Shown here piece after piece: positions 17,410-30,058 of a stretch of 64,000 nt of DNA (its first letter is position 1; every line of letters begins with the position of its first letter). The stretch spans positions 45,322 through 109,321 of the IMG/VR virus record IMGVR_UViG_3300032893_000012. One strand, 5' to 3'. The notes under the pieces are model-generated. The model did not search any database, was not told the origin of the DNA, and was given only the letters and a program-made list of their open reading frames with translations. The position numbers and the translations under genes were made by a program. This DNA comes from a virus.

Positions 17410-18395
17410 CGTGTCGCACTCCTGGTCAGCGCGGAGAGGAGCGCCTCGACGACGGTCGTCATCTCTCTGACATCACCGAGATCGATCCATTCCCCCGAAT
17501 CGCTCACGCGGTATGCGTGATACGAAAGTACGTCGATGCCGCACTCACCGAGCTTCCGCCGACGGCGATCGGCGACATGGTCCCACCAAGAGATCGAGAC
17601 CGATCCGTCGTCGCCCGCCGTGGCGGTGCCGGCGTAGCCCGCCGTGGCGATGCCGCCGTCGCCCGCCGTGGCGGTGCCGCGTGCGCCCGCCGTGGCGGTG
17701 CCGCCGTCGCCCGCCGTGGCGGTGCCGGCGTAGCCCGCCGTGGCGGTGCCGGCGTCGCCCGCCGTGGCGGTGCCGCGTGCGCCCGCCGTGGCGGTGCCGC
17801 GTGCGCCCGCCGTGGCGGTGCCGTCGTCGCCCGCCGTGGCGGTGCCGGCGTCGCCCGCCGTGGCGGTGCCGGCGTCGCCCGCCGTGGCGGTGCCGGCGTA
17901 GCCCGCCGTGGCGGTGCCGGCGTAGCCCGCCGTGGCGGTGCCGTCGTCGCCCGCCGTGGCGGTGCCGGCGTAGCCCGCCGTGGCGGTGCCGAACACGCAT
18001 GCCACGGATGGGTAAGCCCCCTGGATCAGGGCAATCGCACCGGCGCGGTCGCCCGCGAACACCACGAAGCCGCGCGGCGCCTTCGACTTGCCGCCCCCAT
18101 CTTCGGTGATCGGTACTACCTCGCTGGCAACGGCGGCCCAGACGAGCCATTTCGCATCGTCATATTTAGAGAGAAGATTCGCCTTCCCTTCGCCGCGAGG
18201 TAGGCCGTGCAGGCCATAGCCGCAGCAGTCTCGCGACGACCAGTCTGGCGCGGAAACAAGCCCGCGTTCGGGCCATGTGAAGTCGCCGTACGAGCGCATT
18301 GCAGCGGAACAAGTGCGTAGAAGGAGGAGTAGGTCATCCGGCGCGCACCTGAGTGCCGCAGCAGCTTCGTGGCGGATTGATTTCAGGTCGATCAT
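17406..18395 (-). CDS. Phage protein with 16 octapeptide GTATAGxx repeats (ice-nucleation-like beta-solenoid)
   Basis: N-terminal SYGDFTWP..APDW..CGYGLHG domain followed by perfect octapeptide repeats. Confidence 0.8.
   Translation of the reverse strand: MIDLKSIRHEAAAALRCAPDDLLLLLRTCSAAMRSYGDFTWPERGLVSAPDWSSRDCCGYGLHGLPRGEGKANLLSKYDDAKWLVWAAVASEVVPITEDGGGKSKAPRGFVVFAGDRAGAIALIQGAYPSVACVFGTATAGYAGTATAGDDGTATAGYAGTATAGYAGTATAGDAGTATAGDAGTATAGDDGTATAGARGTATAGARGTATAGDAGTATAGYAGTATAGDGGTATAGARGTATAGDGGIATAGYAGTATAGDDGSVSISWWDHVADRRRRKLGECGIDVLSYHAYRVSDSGEWIDLGDVREMTTVVEALLSALTRSATR
17607..17990 (-). repeat. 16 x 24-bp coding tandem repeat
   Basis: ggcaccgccacggcgggc plus 6 variable nt on the minus strand. 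Confidence 0.95.
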
Positions 18396-18631
18396 TACTA
18401 ACTGTTCACCTTCCGTACAACATCTACGCCACCCGCGCAAGTTTCCTTCCCCACAAAGCCAGCGAGCCCCCTTTTGGAGGCTCTTTCAAGACGGACTGGA
18501 TACCGCTGGTATATCCGGTAATTAGCAGGGCTGGCACGACGATATTGACTGCTGCCGCGCAAATGGCAACGGGAAAAAATACCCGACGCCTTGACGATCC
18601 CCGGATCTCTGCGGGACACTCCTCGTACAAG

Positions 18632-19033
18632 ATGAGCCTTCCCCCGCGACGCCGAGTCGTTGCGGCTTCCGTCCGGCGGCCGCCGGCGGAGCTCCGCGCC
18701 GTGAGGGTCATCTTCGAGCACGACCCGAACCCGGAGACCTCGTACCTCGAGCAGGACGAGTTCCGGGAGCGGCGCGAAGCCTACGGGCGCGACGAGTGGT
18801 TCCTCATCGGTTGTCGCGTCGAGGCCGATGTCGTCATCGCCCCCGAGACGGTAATGCAGACGCTCAGAAGCAGCGGCCTCAACGGCATCGAGAGCGACAG
18901 CGAACAAGATGAGCTCGACGAGATTGCGCACCAGGAATGGATGCGGCTTCGTGACGTATTGAAGGCGGTGGGAGTTTCCACCGAGCAGTTACCCCTGGAA
19001 GTCGACCGAGAGTGGGTCGAGTGGAGAGTGTGA
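18632..19033 (+). CDS. Phage-type hypothetical protein
   Basis: D..PETSYLEQ..R..AY..DEW..IG..SSGLNGIESDS. Confidence 0.7.
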   Translation: MSLPPRRRVVAASVRRPPAELRAVRVIFEHDPNPETSYLEQDEFRERREAYGRDEWFLIGCRVEADVVIAPETVMQTLRSSGLNGIESDSEQDELDEIAHQEWMRLRDVLKAVGVSTEQLPLEVDREWVEWRV

Positions 19034-20119
19034 ATGGCAACGGCGGTAGACAAGAAGAAGTGGGACAGTCTCCACGCGGCGTACGCGAAGGCGCACGAGG
19101 CGCTGTCTGAATATGAGCTCGCTCTCGGCTCAAAGTACGGCCACAACTTCAACGCTTCATGGCTCACTCGGGGGCAGCGTGACAAGCTCGACAAGCTTCA
19201 TGAGAAGAAGAGCGCAATCGGTGACAAGATCATCGACCTACTTGTTCACGTAAGTCCACGCGGTGACAGGTGGCTCTCCGGAGTCCCGTCGTGGTGGCTC
19301 CGCGAAAGACTCACCTGGGAAGACGCCATCCGACCCGTCAACGAACCGTTGTCCGTCGTAGTCCCCGGAGCGTGGGGTTACCCGGACGGAACCGTACAGG
19401 AGAATGTAGCAGCCATGCCTCGATCACTAAGCACCGATCCAAATCACCTTCGAGAGATTCTGGAAAAAGGCGTCGTCCTCGTAGGCGGCGAGGTCGTCGA
19501 CAACAACTCGATCGATCTCGACAGCGACGAACCGGTGGTGGTTGCCATCGTCTTCAATGCCACCGGCACCGGACGCCAACCGGGCGCGATCAGCGCCGCA
19601 CAAGGCGATCATCCCGACGCCGCGCTCGAGGTTGCGCACGAGATCCTAGAAGAATGGGAACACGAACACTATGGGCGCGACGAACACGCTACCGAGACGT
19701 TTGACGGACAAATTTGGGAGCTGCCAGTCGACGCTTTCCTCGAAGCCATCGAAGGTACCGAAGCCGAGAAACTCCTCGATATTGTCGGGGGTGAAGACAA
19801 CGAAGAGATCGACGAGGAAGAAGAAGAGGAAGTCGACGAGGAAGAGGTCGACGACGAAACCGACGAAGACGCCGATCTGAGAGAGTCATCGAGAAACGAT
19901 CGCCCAGACGACATCAGAGTCTATTGGGACAGACAGGATCCTCGCAACGAAGGATGGGCGTACAACGCCTACTGGCGAGACGAGCGCGGGCGAATCACCC
20001 ACGAGGATTCAGGTCCAATCGAAGGAAGGCGAGACATGTCCGACGCGACTCTAACTAGTCGCGCCAGAGCCGCCGTCGGATACCCCGGAACGAGAATACC
20101 GGTGGAGGTTGTAAGGTAA
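19034..20119 (+). CDS. Three-module protein with an acidic tract
   Basis: GGAG SD; modules separated by VQE and LRESS linkers; D/E tract. Confidence 0.75.
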   Translation: MATAVDKKKWDSLHAAYAKAHEALSEYELALGSKYGHNFNASWLTRGQRDKLDKLHEKKSAIGDKIIDLLVHVSPRGDRWLSGVPSWWLRERLTWEDAIRPVNEPLSVVVPGAWGYPDGTVQENVAAMPRSLSTDPNHLREILEKGVVLVGGEVVDNNSIDLDSDEPVVVAIVFNATGTGRQPGAISAAQGDHPDAALEVAHEILEEWEHEHYGRDEHATETFDGQIWELPVDAFLEAIEGTEAEKLLDIVGGEDNEEIDEEEEEEVDEEEVDDETDEDADLRESSRNDRPDDIRVYWDRQDPRNEGWAYNAYWRDERGRITHEDSGPIEGRRDMSDATLTSRARAAVGYPGTRIPVEVVR

Positions 20120-20508
20120 TGTTCCCCCTCCTCTGGCTCCTCCTCGGCGCCGGCCTCGGTACCGGCGTCACGCTCCTTGTCAAACAAGCCTCGAGCTCGA
20201 CGCTGCTACCGGGGCAAGTCTGGACCGTCGTCATGCTTGCCCGTCCAACAAAGGCGTGGGTCGACATCTCGAAGGGCGACGTCGCGCGAGCAATCAGAGC
20301 AGCGCTGGCGAACATCGGCGTTTATCCGATCGATGCATTTTGGAGCGGCAACTACCAGCTCACTGTAGCGGTCTCCGTCACCGCAACGACTGAGCTAAAA
20401 ACGGGTGCTGCTCTCACGCTCAATTCCGAATGGGCTGACCAGGCAACGATCACCAGCATCAATCAGGCGCCAGCGTCAGTGCCGGTTCAGATCCCAAGAT
20501 TCCCCTAG
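20119..20508 (+). CDS. N-terminally membrane-anchored protein ending in PRFP
   Basis: TAATG coupling; hydrophobic N-terminus. Confidence 0.7.
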   Translation: MFPLLWLLLGAGLGTGVTLLVKQASSSTLLPGQVWTVVMLARPTKAWVDISKGDVARAIRAALANIGVYPIDAFWSGNYQLTVAVSVTATTELKTGAALTLNSEWADQATITSINQAPASVPVQIPRFP

Positions 20509-20520
20509 GAGTGATAATTC

Positions 20521-20871
20521 ATGGCCGAATGGAGCAGAGCGCACGCCGACAAGTACGCCAACCAGATCGAAGATCTAGAAAAGCGGCGATTGATCTCGGC
20601 CAAGAAGTTTCGCAAAGAGGTCTCGGGCATGATCAAGCAGTTCGTCGCTGACGATAACGAGCTTCTTCAGAAGATACTCAACTACGAAAACAAGTTAGAG
20701 GAATGGGGGATCACGTCCCTTGCCTCTAAAGACGAAGTCGATTCGAGTTCACTCAGTGAACCGCGGGACTACGTCGTGGACCAGATCGAAGAAGACGTGT
20801 TCGAAGATCTCAGAGAACAGATCGAAGAAGCGGATGAACAAGAAGAAGAAGATGACGAGGAGGGAGACTGA
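20521..20871 (+). CDS. Acidic hypothetical protein
   Basis: AGGAG SD; D/E-rich C-terminus. Confidence 0.7.
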   Translation: MAEWSRAHADKYANQIEDLEKRRLISAKKFRKEVSGMIKQFVADDNELLQKILNYENKLEEWGITSLASKDEVDSSSLSEPRDYVVDQIEEDVFEDLREQIEEADEQEEEDDEEGD

Positions 20872-21152
20872 TGCACCTATCCGGAGGATTCGAAGATGCT
20901 CCAGGTGAGACGGTGCGCCCCCCATGCGCCGCTCTGCCCTCCGGGCAAGCTGCGTACAATCTGATCTCCGGTGACTGGGGTGCGTTGCTACCTACGATCG
21001 GGACTACTGCCGCGCGCGCCGCACTGATCGGAGTCGGAATGGCGGTCGCTGGCGAACGAAAACATCTCGTGCGCAACGCAGTCGGCGGCGCACTGGCGGT
21101 CGAGGGGTTCGTGCTCCTGTGGGCCGCTGTGACACGAAACGCACGGACTTGA
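20871..21152 (+). CDS. Small membrane protein
   Basis: TGATG coupling; two hydrophobic helices. Confidence 0.65.
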   Translation: MHLSGGFEDAPGETVRPPCAALPSGQAAYNLISGDWGALLPTIGTTAARAALIGVGMAVAGERKHLVRNAVGGALAVEGFVLLWAAVTRNART

Positions 21153-21163
21153 GAGGCAAAAAA

Positions 21164-21973
21164 ATGGCAACGCGCAAAAAGAAGAGTTCCCGCAAAAATG
21201 CGACTCATCGAGAGCCGGCAGACGAACACGCAGCAACCGAACTGGTCATGTTCATCGAGAACACCTCTGACCTGTCTCCCGACGGACCTAGCGGACAGGG
21301 TCACAGTGTTCTCCTGAACGCGCTCCGCAAGTGGCGCAAGGGCACCTACGACCCGACCATGGCGGTGCGTCTCTTCGAGTACCTCACCGAGGCGGGGGCG
21401 AAGCGATATCAGAAAGAATTCGGCTCCGACTCTCCGATATTCAATCCAGCGACCAGACACGAGGCTGCGCGGCAGCTCGAGGCTAGCTTTCGTAGCTCCG
21501 TCGAGCGCGGGGAGTACGACCATGTCGATACGCGCGTCGGAGCGCGCTCGGAAGAAGTGAGCGAGGCGGCGCGTAACCCATCTCCACGCGGACTGGTGCG
21601 CGAGCGTGGAGGTGATCGACCGATCGGGATGACCTACGGCACCCTTCCTCCCTTCGAAAAATTCGAGCGCGATATCCGCCGCCCGAATCCCGACGAGAGT
21701 GACGGAGGCGCCTACTGGCCGCCGGGGACGATCTATCCCATGGAGCTCGTCGACGCGCACGAAATCGAGCTCGCCGAAGATTACGGTCTGAATGAGTTCG
21801 AAGCCGAGCGTCGAAAAACTGGGCGTCACAGCGGCGTTCGCGGGTTTCGAGGAAACGAAGAAGAGATTTACGGATTTCTCAAGCACCTCGTCGAATGCCT
21901 CAATGACGGCGACGACGGAGCTGGCGATCTCGCATCATCGATCATGACCACCCTCGGCTACGAGTGGATCTGA
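21164..21973 (+). CDS. Two-module phage protein
   Basis: ATELVMFIEN..RKWRKGTYD..AVRLFEYL..GAKRY.KEFG module, VSE/VRE linker, second module. Confidence 0.75.
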   Translation: MATRKKKSSRKNATHREPADEHAATELVMFIENTSDLSPDGPSGQGHSVLLNALRKWRKGTYDPTMAVRLFEYLTEAGAKRYQKEFGSDSPIFNPATRHEAARQLEASFRSSVERGEYDHVDTRVGARSEEVSEAARNPSPRGLVRERGGDRPIGMTYGTLPPFEKFERDIRRPNPDESDGGAYWPPGTIYPMELVDAHEIELAEDYGLNEFEAERRKTGRHSGVRGFRGNEEEIYGFLKHLVECLNDGDDGAGDLASSIMTTLGYEWI

Positions 21974-21984
21974 GGAGAGCACCA

Positions 21985-24123
21985 ATGGCAAAGCGATACA
22001 TCGGCGACGCGGTCATCACGATCGCGTACAGGGACCAGGGGGACTACGCAGGAACGATCAGGGCCGGCGGGTACACGTGGCGGTTCGACAACCTGTGGCC
22101 CTCTCAGAGCGGATTCGGACCTGGCATCGGGTACGACTCGCCCGAGGCCTACGACCAGATGGCGCAGAGCGCGGTCAACTTCGGGTCTAATCCGTCTGAA
22201 GAGAGCTGGTCTCCTTCGGAGGAGGTGGCGAGCGCCATTGCAGATGCGACACAGGGAGCGATGGATGATCAGGGGAACTACGAGGTGAGGCGGAGCGCGA
22301 AGGGGATGGCGCGTGAGGAGTCATCCCATCGAGACGGCTACTACATAGTCCAAAGGCGGCTCAGGAATGGGCGCGTAGTAGAGTTCGAATTCAATCGCGA
22401 TGAGAAGGACGAAGCGCTCGCCGATGCGAAGAGGTTGGCCGCTGCCGCCGATCCTGGTGAGGTGGTACGTCTGCTAACGCTCGACAACGAGCTAGTATGG
22501 TCGTCGGCGCAACTTAACGAAGCGCCGACCCATCACGTCGCCGACTTCAGCACCCTCGACGACCTAGTCGCGCACGCGCGCCAAGAAGGCGCGACGCACG
22601 TGCTTCACATCGACGACGAGATCCATCTCTACTTCAAACGTCGCGATGGTCGCTACGAGAAGTCGGAGGTCTGGCAGAAGGACGGTTACTGGCACACGCA
22701 GGGGCCGGGGTCGCGGGCCGTGGTGAGTCGGCCGCCGACGAATGCGCAACCAATCGGAGAACAACGGCGGACGGCGGAGACAGTAGCGCGCAAGCCGCGC
22801 CGGCGAGAACCTTCGACCGTTAGGCGAGCCGAAACGGCCGGCATCGAGTACGCCAGCGAACAGATTGGCAGCGAGCACTTCATGAACTGGGTCAACGACC
22901 AGCTCGTCGAGGCGAGTAAGATGGATCCGTCCCGGGTTCACCCGCTCGAGACGAAGGCAGACGCCGCGCGGGCCGCGCGCGCAATGCTTCAGCAGCTCGA
23001 ATGGGATACGAAGCGAGATCTCAAGGCAACCGATATCGAAAGGCAGCTCGGTATCGATCGCGCCACATCGGATGTGATCAGCGCGTTCAATGAAGGACTT
23101 CACCGCGGCCTGAGCAATCCATCGACGGTGGATTGGCTCGCTGAAGAGATTTTGGAACAGAACAAGGGATTACGGGGTGGGGGCGCCAAAGAGACAAGAC
23201 GACACTCCGGCCCTCAACCCAACTCGGAAAATCGCGCGCGTCTCGCTGGATACATCGCACACGCGGTCATGTACGACGTCTCAACGTCGCCGAACGATCT
23301 CGTCAGGGCCTATCACCTCTCACCGGAGGAGGCGCAAGCGGTACTGTCTGATCAAGGCGGTTGGTTCGGTCCGGGCGGAAAAGGATACGCCGCCTACGTC
23401 AAGCACATCGAGAAGGTACTCAAGAACAAGGAGTGGTTCTCGGCGCCGGATCCGAAAGCTATTCCTGGCGCGGCGCGTGCGTACGGGCGGTATGTATGGC
23501 TACTCGAGAATGCTGCTTCCGGAGACCAAGGACGCAAAGATAAGTCAGACACGGAGGAGCTCCAGCGAGAGCTCTCCAATGTCGGATTCAACGGATGGGG
23601 GCTCGCTATCGACAACTGGCCCGAGGCACAACGCTACTACGACGCCGCTCCGAGCGTGTACCGTCGCCACCGTGGCGAAGTGCGTGAGAGCTCCACCGTC
23701 CGCGACTACATCGCCGTCGACCGCAACGACCGCAAGGTCGCCGGCCCCTTCCGGAGCCGTGGCGAAGCCGACAAGCACGTACCGCCGGGCGGCTACGTCA
23801 AGTTCTCCTCGTCGCAGCATAGGAAGGCGCCGCCGCCGCCTTCGTCGTATCCAATGTTTCGAGAGGGCGACGGAATAGCTGAACGCCTGCTTGCCGCTGG
23901 GGCTAAGACATACGCCATGATGCCAGACGCTGTCGCCAGCGTCCGCGGTTTCAACCCGGCACAAGCGATCTTCTTTGCGATGACTTCTAGGCGGAAGGAC
24001 GCCCGTGTAGCCGCTGCGGCTATTGGCAAGAGTGAAATGGAGCGAACCGCACGTCGGATTGGCGGTGTAGTCAAGCTCGGCTACGTAGTAGATGGCGTCG
24101 CGTACGTTTTGCCGAAACCATGA
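21985..24123 (+). CDS. Large multi-module (polyvalent-like) protein
   Basis: GAGGAG SD; about 7 modules separated by short hydrophobic-x-E linkers. Confidence 0.8.
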   Translation: MAKRYIGDAVITIAYRDQGDYAGTIRAGGYTWRFDNLWPSQSGFGPGIGYDSPEAYDQMAQSAVNFGSNPSEESWSPSEEVASAIADATQGAMDDQGNYEVRRSAKGMAREESSHRDGYYIVQRRLRNGRVVEFEFNRDEKDEALADAKRLAAAADPGEVVRLLTLDNELVWSSAQLNEAPTHHVADFSTLDDLVAHARQEGATHVLHIDDEIHLYFKRRDGRYEKSEVWQKDGYWHTQGPGSRAVVSRPPTNAQPIGEQRRTAETVARKPRRREPSTVRRAETAGIEYASEQIGSEHFMNWVNDQLVEASKMDPSRVHPLETKADAARAARAMLQQLEWDTKRDLKATDIERQLGIDRATSDVISAFNEGLHRGLSNPSTVDWLAEEILEQNKGLRGGGAKETRRHSGPQPNSENRARLAGYIAHAVMYDVSTSPNDLVRAYHLSPEEAQAVLSDQGGWFGPGGKGYAAYVKHIEKVLKNKEWFSAPDPKAIPGAARAYGRYVWLLENAASGDQGRKDKSDTEELQRELSNVGFNGWGLAIDNWPEAQRYYDAAPSVYRRHRGEVRESSTVRDYIAVDRNDRKVAGPFRSRGEADKHVPPGGYVKFSSSQHRKAPPPPSSYPMFREGDGIAERLLAAGAKTYAMMPDAVASVRGFNPAQAIFFAMTSRRKDARVAAAAIGKSEMERTARRIGGVVKLGYVVDGVAYVLPKP

Positions 24124-24395
24124 CTCTCGCCCAGATCAAAAAACTGCTCGACCGCGTAGAAGAAGCAGCCGCGCAGGTCTCGGACGACATCGAACAAGCC
24201 ACCGACATCGCTGCCTCGCAAGCGGCTTTGCACGAGCTGGCACAGCAGGCGCGCACGCTGGCGTCGCGTGCCCAAAAAATCGTCGACCTCCTGAGAGAAA
24301 AATCGGACGAGTGCACCACCGCTGCCGACTCGGCGGAAACGCTTGTCGGCGATCTCGAAGCGATCGCCGATCAGCTGGAAGGATTCGAAGATTGA
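24120..24395 (+). CDS. Acidic coiled-coil protein
   Basis: ATGA coupling; heptads. Confidence 0.65.
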   Translation: MTLAQIKKLLDRVEEAAAQVSDDIEQATDIAASQAALHELAQQARTLASRAQKIVDLLREKSDECTTAADSAETLVGDLEAIADQLEGFED

Positions 24396-25339
24396 TTCGC
24401 CTCGTCGGTACGTGTCCCGTCTGCGAGCGCCAGCAAAAGGTGACGCCGCAGCATCGGATGGTTCATCACGGCTACCGTCGGCCTGGCGTCGGTCACATCT
24501 TCGGTGACTGCCCTGGCGTCGGCTGGCCGGCTTACGAGATCTCGTCCGAAGGTTGCGTAGCGTACCGCGAGGGACTCAAAGAGACTCGATCGCTCCGTGA
24601 AGAGGCGCTCCGACTTCTTCGGATGCGCCCGGAAAAGATAGATGTCTATTCGAGCTTCTCAAAAAAGTACAATACGTACCGCCGCGACCCTGAAGACCGA
24701 AACGAAAGCTACAACTATGAGCAAGCACTGCGAAACAGGATCGCAGAGATCGAGTACGAGATTCGCGCCATCGACGCAGCGTTACTTCGGATGACGGAGC
24801 TCATCGAGCGGTGGGCGCCGGCGCCCCTCGTCGAGATCGACGAAGAGGGTCTCACGCCAGCGAGACGCGAAGAGCGCGCCGCCCGCAAGACCGAACGCGA
24901 CACCAAACGCGCCGAGCGACTCGAGAAGCAAGCAGCGACGCGCGCGAAGCAGAACGAGCGCATGGCGCGCAAAGCGACGACGCTACTCTTCTTCTTCAAC
25001 GAGTTCGAGCGTCTCGCGGCGCTTCCACCGAGCAAGGCGCGCGCCGACTACGCGCGCGACCTGATGTTCGAGGCGAACAAGACAAAACATAAAATCAACT
25101 ATCCGTGGGATCTTCACGCGATGAAGTTCGAGATACCCGGCCCGTGGCAACAGCTTCACGCTCGCGCACAGAGAACGCTCGTCGCTCTCGGCCTCGCGCG
25201 TCCGTGGGAACACGGCAACGGAATCGAAGTCCTCCAGGTGTACAGACCGTGCGGGAACAAGATCGTCGTTCCGTCCCTCGACCGCCCCGCCGGTGAAGTG
25301 CTCGATGACATCGCGCACATGCCTCCGCCTAGAGAGTGA
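24392..25339 (+). CDS. Phage protein with an N-terminal Zn-binding motif and a coiled coil
   Basis: TTGA coupling; GTCPVC..HHGY..PG..GDCPG. Confidence 0.7.
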   Translation: MIRLVGTCPVCERQQKVTPQHRMVHHGYRRPGVGHIFGDCPGVGWPAYEISSEGCVAYREGLKETRSLREEALRLLRMRPEKIDVYSSFSKKYNTYRRDPEDRNESYNYEQALRNRIAEIEYEIRAIDAALLRMTELIERWAPAPLVEIDEEGLTPARREERAARKTERDTKRAERLEKQAATRAKQNERMARKATTLLFFFNEFERLAALPPSKARADYARDLMFEANKTKHKINYPWDLHAMKFEIPGPWQQLHARAQRTLVALGLARPWEHGNGIEVLQVYRPCGNKIVVPSLDRPAGEVLDDIAHMPPPRE

Positions 25340-25344
25340 AGCCA

Positions 25345-25581
25345 TCACCGCGTCCGTCGCGCGATCGGGGTGCCCGGACTTGTCGGGGGATCATCGTCAT
25401 GACCATCCGGCAGGACAACAGTCGTAGAAAGTTCTCCAGCGCGATCTAGCGGAACCCGCCAAGTCTTCTCGAACACGAAACATACGCATCCGCATCGCTT
25501 GCACCAGAACACCCGATCGAGCATCGTGTGCCAGTGATCACTGCCGCATAGGCACGTTTCGCTAAGCGGTACATCGGACAT
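25345..25581 (-). CDS. Small Cys-rich (Zn ribbon) protein
   Basis: CLCG..WCKRCG. Confidence 0.55.
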   Translation of the reverse strand: MSDVPLSETCLCGSDHWHTMLDRVFWCKRCGCVCFVFEKTWRVPLDRAGELSTTVVLPDGHDDDPPTSPGTPIARRTR

Positions 25582-25649
25582 GGTGTCGTACTTTCAGGAC
25601 CGCACTTTCAGGGTTGCCTCTCGGTTCGCACCCGCGGTACTCCCGCTTG

Positions 25650-26177
25650 ATGCACGCTCTAGCACTCTACCTCCTCACGGTCCTAACCATCATTGCTCCC
25701 AAGCTCGATATGACGAGAGCGCGTTCGATTTCGACGGATATTGCTGCGGTGGTCGTCTCCGACGAGCGCGCGTTCAGGGATGACGCAGACGGACACAAGA
25801 CAGCGTTACTGCTTCTTTCGATTGCGCACTTCGAGACGGGCAAATCGTGGGCGGCATGGATCGACGACGGGCGATGCAACGATCCCGCATGGCGCGCAAC
25901 GCATGCGAGCTGGCTTCGAGGCGGAGACTGCGACGGGGGACGCTCCTACTCAATGTGGCAACTGCTCGTGCCAGGTAATCCGAGATACGGAAAATCTCTC
26001 GTGGCAAATCGCCAGCTAGCTGTTCGAGCTGCGCTCGCGCACGCGCGCATGAGCCTCCAGTTGAACGGCAATCTCTGTGCGTACTCCGGTGAACGTCCGC
26101 CGCACTGCTCGAAGGCGAAAACTAGGCTCGAAACAGCGCGCGAATGGGCCGAACGTTTTCCTTATATCACTCAGTGA
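25650..26177 (+). CDS. Lysozyme/lytic-transglycosylase-like protein with an N-terminal signal anchor
   Basis: LLLSIAHFETG (catalytic Glu at helix end), DGGRSYSMWQL, LCAYSG. Confidence 0.6.
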   Translation: MHALALYLLTVLTIIAPKLDMTRARSISTDIAAVVVSDERAFRDDADGHKTALLLLSIAHFETGKSWAAWIDDGRCNDPAWRATHASWLRGGDCDGGRSYSMWQLLVPGNPRYGKSLVANRQLAVRAALAHARMSLQLNGNLCAYSGERPPHCSKAKTRLETAREWAERFPYITQ

Positions 26178-26198
26178 TTTGGCGCATTGACCAAGACA

Positions 26199-26231
26199 CC
26201 ACTCGTTTGACGTTCGTTTGACGTCTGGTTA
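26199..26231 (+). repeat. 3 x 11-bp tandem array upstream of the collagen gene
   Basis: ccactcgtttg acgttcgtttg acgtctggtta. Confidence 0.6.
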
Positions 26232-26321
26232 ACACAACACCGCGACTAGTCAGGTACCGCATCGACCGTGATAGAGTGCTCCGGGCGGTCCGAAAATGCC
26301 CTTCCGAGTACCTTTACCTGA

Positions 26322-29476
<3,155 letters not shown>

Positions 29477-29490
<14 letters not shown>

Positions 29491-30058
29491 TGTTTCCGCC
29501 GAGCTCGACCCATCCGTAACTGATCAAGACGTCGGCGCTGTACATCTTGCAGATGATTGCAAGAGATCCGTTGGCGAAGGTGGTTCCGGTTGGAGCGCCA
29601 GGAATTGTCGTAGGAGCCGATAGAGTCAACGAGCTCCAGTTGAGACCATACCCTAACCCTAGTTGAGGACCATTGGCCTGATAGAACTGTCCGTCCGAGG
29701 TCGACAACGCTGTTGCAGTAACCCAACACGTGATCGTGTTCATCGGAGAAACGTGATTATAGAGCTCGACATGTGCGCTTCTGACTCCCGCGGAATCGGC
29801 AGTGTCATCTCGTACGATGGGACACACCGTGTAACAGTAGTCTGTGCTGGACGCCAGCGTCGGCATGATGAGAGCCGTTCCGTAGGACATGTCATAGTTA
29901 TGGGCTAAAGTGAAGGATGCTGCGCTAGAGCAAGCCCTGACTTGACAAGCCGTTGCCGGGGCTGACTTGTAGTCGTAGACTACGGCCGCCTTGATATTGT
30001 CTCGATGGAGCGTACAGGCAATTCCTAGCACTATGACTATCTTTACTAGCTTCGACAT
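29477..30058 (-). CDS. Secreted beta-rich protein
   Basis: Signal peptide MSKLVKIVIVLGIAC; Cys pairs. Confidence 0.65.

Noticed and set aside
17513-18203. Alternative-frame repeat ORFs (RRRPPWRC, ARRGGAGV, RHRHGG) and a possible CRISPR array
   Set aside because: These are shadows of a 24-bp coding repeat; 6-nt variable parts are too short to be spacers and no cas genes are present
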